Shown here piece after piece: positions 59,578 through 64,000 of a DNA stretch of 64,000 bases (the stretch's first letter is position 1; each line of letters starts with the position of its first letter). The translations under genes and the position numbers were made by a program. Origin of the DNA: a virus; IMG/VR virus record IMGVR_UViG_3300032897_000001, positions 1-64,000 of that record; one strand, 5' to 3'. A model generated the notes under the pieces. It saw only the letters and a list, made by a program, of their open reading frames with translations, made no database searches and was not told the origin of the DNA.

Positions 59578-61635
59578 TTACACGAACGTTACAGCGATGT
59601 TGTTCGCTGAAATGGAAGGGATTTGGTTCAACTGAACCTGCACAAAGGTTTGATTTGCCGTAGCAAATCCGCATAGAACCTGTGTCGCGGCTGTTGTAGT
59701 TGTTGGCACATAAGTAGATGGTGCCGCGGCTTGCTCGAATTGTGCACCAAATATCTGAATGTTTGTCGTGCTGGATGGATCGACACCTGTACTCAATAAC
59801 ACATTGTTAGAAAAACCACATAAAGCCAACAATGATGAAGATGCTGTGTTCAACATGGCGGTGATAGAACACCTGTAAAATCCATTAGTTGCCGCTGTTA
59901 TTACTGCATAGAAATTAGTTACAGGAGCGGTTGACCCCGTCGCTGTAGGTACCGTTGCAATTATTCCCTGAGATACATCAAATGTTGCTTCTACAAAATT
60001 TGAATTCGCACCATCTCCAAGATGAAGTGACAAAAAATTACCATTTCCCGGCTTTGCGTACACACTGAATGTGTAAACGAGTGCGACGGGAGGTTTATTT
60101 ATTGTCTGGTTTATGTTACAATTAATCGTCCCGCCTCTTTGCCACAACCACGCATCCGTTGTTCCATCAGGAGACAGACTGTAGCTGCCCGTAAGAGTAA
60201 CGGTGCCCGACACTGTCCAAGATGTGTTGAATGTATTCGATTGCAAAATTTGATTTGTTGCACCAAGGCTTGTTTGTGCTGTGCTTATCGTATATACACC
60301 AGTTCCGCCTACTGTACCGCTGATTTGGGACACAATAGTTGTTGCGGGAACTATTGTTCCTGATCCATTGGATATGGAAAGCGTCTGTCCAGCAGAAATA
60401 GTTCCCGACACAAGTGATGTCACAGTCATCACTGTGCCGTTACAGTACATATAGGCAGAAGCAGCACCAGGGTTGTTATTAGAACCAATTGTGACACTGA
60501 TAACTTGTCCCTCTGCCCATGTTCCGAGTGCAGATATGGATGGTACAAACCGCGATGCCCAAATTTTGGCACCGATTGCCGCCTGGGGACCGTCCACAAC
60601 ATTAAGTGCATTGGGTGCACCATTCCCCGCATTAATAATGGCCTGTTGTATCAGCGTCGTCGCTGTTGCGGGAACTTGAATGCTGTTGACAATCTGAACA
60701 GAGAACAGAAGAGGCAGGGGATTCGGAATTTGATATGTGACTGAGTATGATGGATACGGCACCATCGCACTGGTGTCTTGCACAGTGACTGTTGTGTTAC
60801 CCGCGGCATAGCCACAGCCGGGCGCCTTCCGAGACCATATAGCCTTGCCAACGGCCGATGGCGTGCCTCCGGCAGCCACGACATACACCGAATTCGCTGC
60901 CAATGTGACACCGTTTTGAGTGACAGGCGCGGCTGTAGCGTTCTCCAGGACGACTGCCTGTGTCACGCCAGGGACACCCAACACGGCTCCTAGTATTGAT
61001 GGCAAAGATCCCAGTGAATTCGCTGCTGTTGAAAGTTCTCTCCGATCTTCAAATGCAGCGGTGCTCTCAACATTTTGTCCCTGTACTCCTGACAATATGG
61101 AAACCGTGTCCCACCCAGGAATTGCCTGATAAATCGACACAGTGGATGGAATGGCGAGCAATCCCGGAATCCGCGCGGCAAATGTTATGGATGTCGATCC
61201 GGTTACCCCGATCGTTCCTGCAGCAAGGCTTTGATATTGATTGTTGCTCTGATCAACAACCAAAGACCCCACCGGAATAACGGTACCGACTGCACCAACA
61301 CATTGGAGTGCCAATGTCGTCGGTGTCGCCGGTATCCGCTCCATAAAATAGATGCGGCCAATTGCGTCTTGAAACCTTCCCTCAGCATAAGCCGGGTCCG
61401 TCTGCGTCGAATAGAATAGAAATGTCGCATTAGCGTTGGCAATGATTGCTGCCATACTTGCCGCAAGTTGTCCCTGCGGTGTCGCGTTTGTCAGAGACCC
61501 TTGTGTTGTGCTGAAATTTAAATTTCCACCGAATGCAGCATTTATGTCAGCCTGCACACCTGTAAGAATAGCAGACTCTGCCGGAACAACAAATCCCGTT
61601 GGGCCAAATGTAGGGACAGGGACATTAGTCGTCAC
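59578..61635 (-). CDS. Baseplate J-like protein with a long C-terminal insertion
   Basis: TPQGQL, DP..AEGRFQDAIGRIYF, ES...FEDRR and AIWSRKAPG, followed by an extra SPDGT...GAQFEQ...STYVPTT domain. Confidence 0.85.
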   Translation of the reverse strand: MTTNVPVPTFGPTGFVVPAESAILTGVQADINAAFGGNLNFSTTQGSLTNATPQGQLAASMAAIIANANATFLFYSTQTDPAYAEGRFQDAIGRIYFMERIPATPTTLALQCVGAVGTVIPVGSLVVDQSNNQYQSLAAGTIGVTGSTSITFAARIPGLLAIPSTVSIYQAIPGWDTVSILSGVQGQNVESTAAFEDRRELSTAANSLGSLPSILGAVLGVPGVTQAVVLENATAAPVTQNGVTLAANSVYVVAAGGTPSAVGKAIWSRKAPGCGYAAGNTTVTVQDTSAMVPYPSYSVTYQIPNPLPLLFSVQIVNSIQVPATATTLIQQAIINAGNGAPNALNVVDGPQAAIGAKIWASRFVPSISALGTWAEGQVISVTIGSNNNPGAASAYMYCNGTVMTVTSLVSGTISAGQTLSISNGSGTIVPATTIVSQISGTVGGTGVYTISTAQTSLGATNQILQSNTFNTSWTVSGTVTLTGSYSLSPDGTTDAWLWQRGGTINCNINQTINKPPVALVYTFSVYAKPGNGNFLSLHLGDGANSNFVEATFDVSQGIIATVPTATGSTAPVTNFYAVITAATNGFYRCSITAMLNTASSSLLALCGFSNNVLLSTGVDPSSTTNIQIFGAQFEQAAAPSTYVPTTTTAATQVLCGFATANQTFVQVQLNQIPSISANNIAVTFV

Positions 61636-62030
61636 GGGCTGACTACTCCATAAATAGCCGGGCTTTGCGAAGTTGTCCCGAAAGTCGCCACAGATGTTCC
61701 TTTAGGACCGGTAATTTGAATTTGCCCGCTAACGACGCGATTAGCCGTTATGGCTGCTATATACACATTTACGCTTAAGACATCGGGAACAGTCTGTGCG
61801 GCGGCAACATAGCGTGCTTTAAGATATGCCAACGGCGGCATTTGGCCTAGAATTGCTTGAAAGTAGGGCACACCTTGTGTGGTGTCGTACCACAATTCCC
61901 CCTGGAACAGTCGGCACGCACTAGCCGCATCCTGTGCCAATGAATAGGGTTCCGTCGCCATGGCGATATTGCCGCTGGAATCAACGACAAGATCCCAAGT
62001 GACTGTATCAAGTAAAAGAGTCGCCGCCAT
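61632..62030 (-). CDS. Baseplate wedge protein (gp25-like)
   Basis: WDLVVD..GNIA...AQD...LFQGELWYDT..GVPY. Confidence 0.8.
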   Translation of the reverse strand: MAATLLLDTVTWDLVVDSSGNIAMATEPYSLAQDAASACRLFQGELWYDTTQGVPYFQAILGQMPPLAYLKARYVAAAQTVPDVLSVNVYIAAITANRVVSGQIQITGPKGTSVATFGTTSQSPAIYGVVSP

Positions 62031-62041
62031 TTATATAACTG

Positions 62042-62770
62042 TCAACTTCCGGGGTTAGGTGTACCACTAGGACCACTTCCACCGGAATTAGCATGTGTAT
62101 GCGTCTGCAGCCCGATTTGATCGCTACCACCATAACCCGCAATGACAGACCCTGTCACTTGAAGATTACCGCTAACTTTCACTGTATTGTTTGCAGGAGT
62201 GATCGTAATTCCCGAGGATGTCAGTTCAATCTTATTGTTGTTCTTGTCAACTATCGTGATTCCTTTGTCCGTTGCAGTGATGTACTGCTTCGGAGCATTG
62301 TTGAGAACACCGCCGATATAGAGCGAATCCGACATGCTGTTGCGGCGCTGTGAACCCGGCGTAACGGTTTGTGTGCTGCCTTGTTTGACCTGATCTTTGA
62401 ATGTCGAGATGTCCCGGTCTGCACAATGGATGTAACCAATATCATTGACTACAGGATCGCAGATAATGGCGAAATCCCCGCCATATACCCGTGTGTAAGG
62501 TATGTGGTAGATTGTGACGTGATCTTGCTTGACGTTTCCCCCGTCAATCTGTGACACAACTGGCTGCACATCTACAAAGCCTGCACCTGCCACATCTCCG
62601 CGCTTTGCCGTAGTCTTTCCATCTTGAGCATAGACTTTGACCACGCGAACCGGCAGCATGGTCCGCATTTTCGCGACCATACGTTTTGCCTGAAACAGGA
62701 CGCGATTATAATCGCTGTTAGTGTCAGGAGGCAGCATATACCCTGTGCCGCTTGTGGTTCCATTGCTCAT
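62042..62770 (-). CDS. Baseplate spike (Gp138/gpV-like)
   Basis: VDVQP, DP..NDIG...ADRDIS and a C-terminal THTH. Confidence 0.85.
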   Translation of the reverse strand: MSNGTTSGTGYMLPPDTNSDYNRVLFQAKRMVAKMRTMLPVRVVKVYAQDGKTTAKRGDVAGAGFVDVQPVVSQIDGGNVKQDHVTIYHIPYTRVYGGDFAIICDPVVNDIGYIHCADRDISTFKDQVKQGSTQTVTPGSQRRNSMSDSLYIGGVLNNAPKQYITATDKGITIVDKNNNKIELTSSGITITPANNTVKVSGNLQVTGSVIAGYGGSDQIGLQTHTHANSGGSGPSGTPNPGS

Positions 62771-63111
62771 GTACTGACACCATAAACAGGGGGACTTTGT
62801 CCGTATGTTGTAGGCAAATCAGCCGGCACAAGATGAAATAGCTGAAAGCGGCTGCCTAGTCCTGTATAAGTAGGATCACTGGTGCCTTGTGTATCATAGA
62901 AAGCAAGATCCCCCGTGAATCCTAGATATATAGAACGGACAATATAGTTTGCATTCAAACACAACACACCTTGTATGATCGGTGAATTATTGACAAATAC
63001 ATCACAAAACAATCCCCAAAAACTTTGATATATGTTTAGTGTACAGTTCTGCCCAGAAAGCACTATGTGCAATGTTTGAGATGGTACAGCGTTAAGAGGT
63101 ACGATAAGCAC
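62767..63111 (-). CDS. Baseplate plug-like protein
   Basis: VPLNAVPSQ...GFTGDLAFYDTQGTSDP.YTGLGSRF. Confidence 0.75.
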   Translation of the reverse strand: MLIVPLNAVPSQTLHIVLSGQNCTLNIYQSFWGLFCDVFVNNSPIIQGVLCLNANYIVRSIYLGFTGDLAFYDTQGTSDPTYTGLGSRFQLFHLVPADLPTTYGQSPPVYGVST

Positions 63112-63115
63112 AGCT

Positions 63116-63739
63116 TCACCCGAAAGAACTGGTTGACGGGAACACGACACCGGAACTAGAACTCTGTGGTGTGACAAACCCGTTTTGTGCTGAAGACGCA
63201 CTGGCTGGATTTTGAACACTTGTTGCGTTCAAGCCACCTGCAGTCTGTACCAACACTTGCGACACCCACACATCAACCACAACAAGTCCCACACCTTGAT
63301 TAGATATTCGTCTGTAGTCATAGTGCGTGATGTTGCATCCGATGTAAGTGAATTCCGGGGTTGACACGTCGTACTGATTTAGCGTCGCTGCTGCCGCAGC
63401 TACACTCGTTAAGAGATTCGTCCTGGATTGTGGAGACGCTCCCGAGGAAAAGCGTACTTTTGCGAGAAACGGTGTCAACACCTTATCATAGGATTCAAAC
63501 TGTCCCTGTTCCACCGGATAATCAGAAATCGTCCATTCAGCACGGTATTCAAATCCGATCACAGATTCGGCTGTGATCACGGGCGCGCCAGATAAAAAAA
63601 TTCCCCACTGTGGCCCGAATACTGCCGAAAATTGTGATACAAGATCCTGCGTCAGAAGTGCTGGCTGGGTAAAGCCCGCAGCAAAATTGACGTTGGGAAC
63701 GCCTGCAACGTTGGGTACGTTGACAGAAACTGTTGCCAT
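63116..63739 (-). CDS. Baseplate/distal-tail (Dit-like) protein
   Basis: ISDYPVEQG..SYDKV..P motif. Confidence 0.75.
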   Translation of the reverse strand: MATVSVNVPNVAGVPNVNFAAGFTQPALLTQDLVSQFSAVFGPQWGIFLSGAPVITAESVIGFEYRAEWTISDYPVEQGQFESYDKVLTPFLAKVRFSSGASPQSRTNLLTSVAAAAATLNQYDVSTPEFTYIGCNITHYDYRRISNQGVGLVVVDVWVSQVLVQTAGGLNATSVQNPASASSAQNGFVTPQSSSSGVVFPSTSSFG

Positions 63740-64000
63740 CAGTAGCCACACACCTGGACAGGAGTAACCACCATGTTATCCATTGTATGGATCATATTAT
63801 CCGTTATCGTTGGTCGCATCGCTACAGAACGAGGCCGCGGTTATGCGGAATGGACACTGTTTGCATTGCTCGTGTCCCCCATCATTGCCCTATTGTTTCT
63901 TTCAGTAGCGCCTATTAGAGCCCCTATTCACACACAAGTCATGGAGCCCGCTTTGATGTCACCTAAGCAAGGAACCGGCATTACACAACAAGAATTCGTT

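Noticed and set aside
1-64000. Prophage boundaries, integrase or host chromosomal genes
   Set aside because: None seen. The dnaN, ssb, gcrA and porin genes sit within phage-type gene runs, so lifestyle cannot be determined from this window.

Overview
64 kb of a tailed dsDNA phage genome, probably a myovirus. Baseplate, tail-fibre and lysis genes lie on the minus strand at 49.1-63.7 kb. A GcrA homologue and an Omp25/RopB-type porin point to an alphaproteobacterial (probably Hyphomicrobiales) host. Replication genes include a primase-helicase, family A DNA polymerase, beta clamp, SSB and an SNF2-like helicase. There are also two adenine methyltransferases, two tRNA-Leu genes and many small hypothetical ORFs. 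No integrase or host genes were seen. The most striking feature is a dense set of RNA-based systems. (1) A stand-alone Cas7/RAMP-like gene and a partner gene at 20.0-22.1 kb are embedded in non-coding arrays of GGY-NN pentamers punctuated by GGCA, a candidate RNA-guided system with a gapped dinucleotide code; two further units are dispersed elsewhere. (2) A nuclease-dead, C-terminally truncated TnpB/Cas12-like gene is flanked by two CRISPR-like arrays of a 37-nt pseudoknot-forming repeat, with three solitary repeat copies elsewhere. (3) The early region at 33.4-40.6 kb is built from repeated promoter cassettes, a conserved 92-nt leader RNA and eight covarying type II hammerhead ribozymes, each just upstream of an RBS. 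(4) Also present are a tRNA-His-like gene whose anticodon is masked by a short insertion, a ~200-nt structured intergenic RNA, and an AcrIII-1/DUF1874-like ring nuclease. All protein family calls come from motif recognition by eye, not from database searches.
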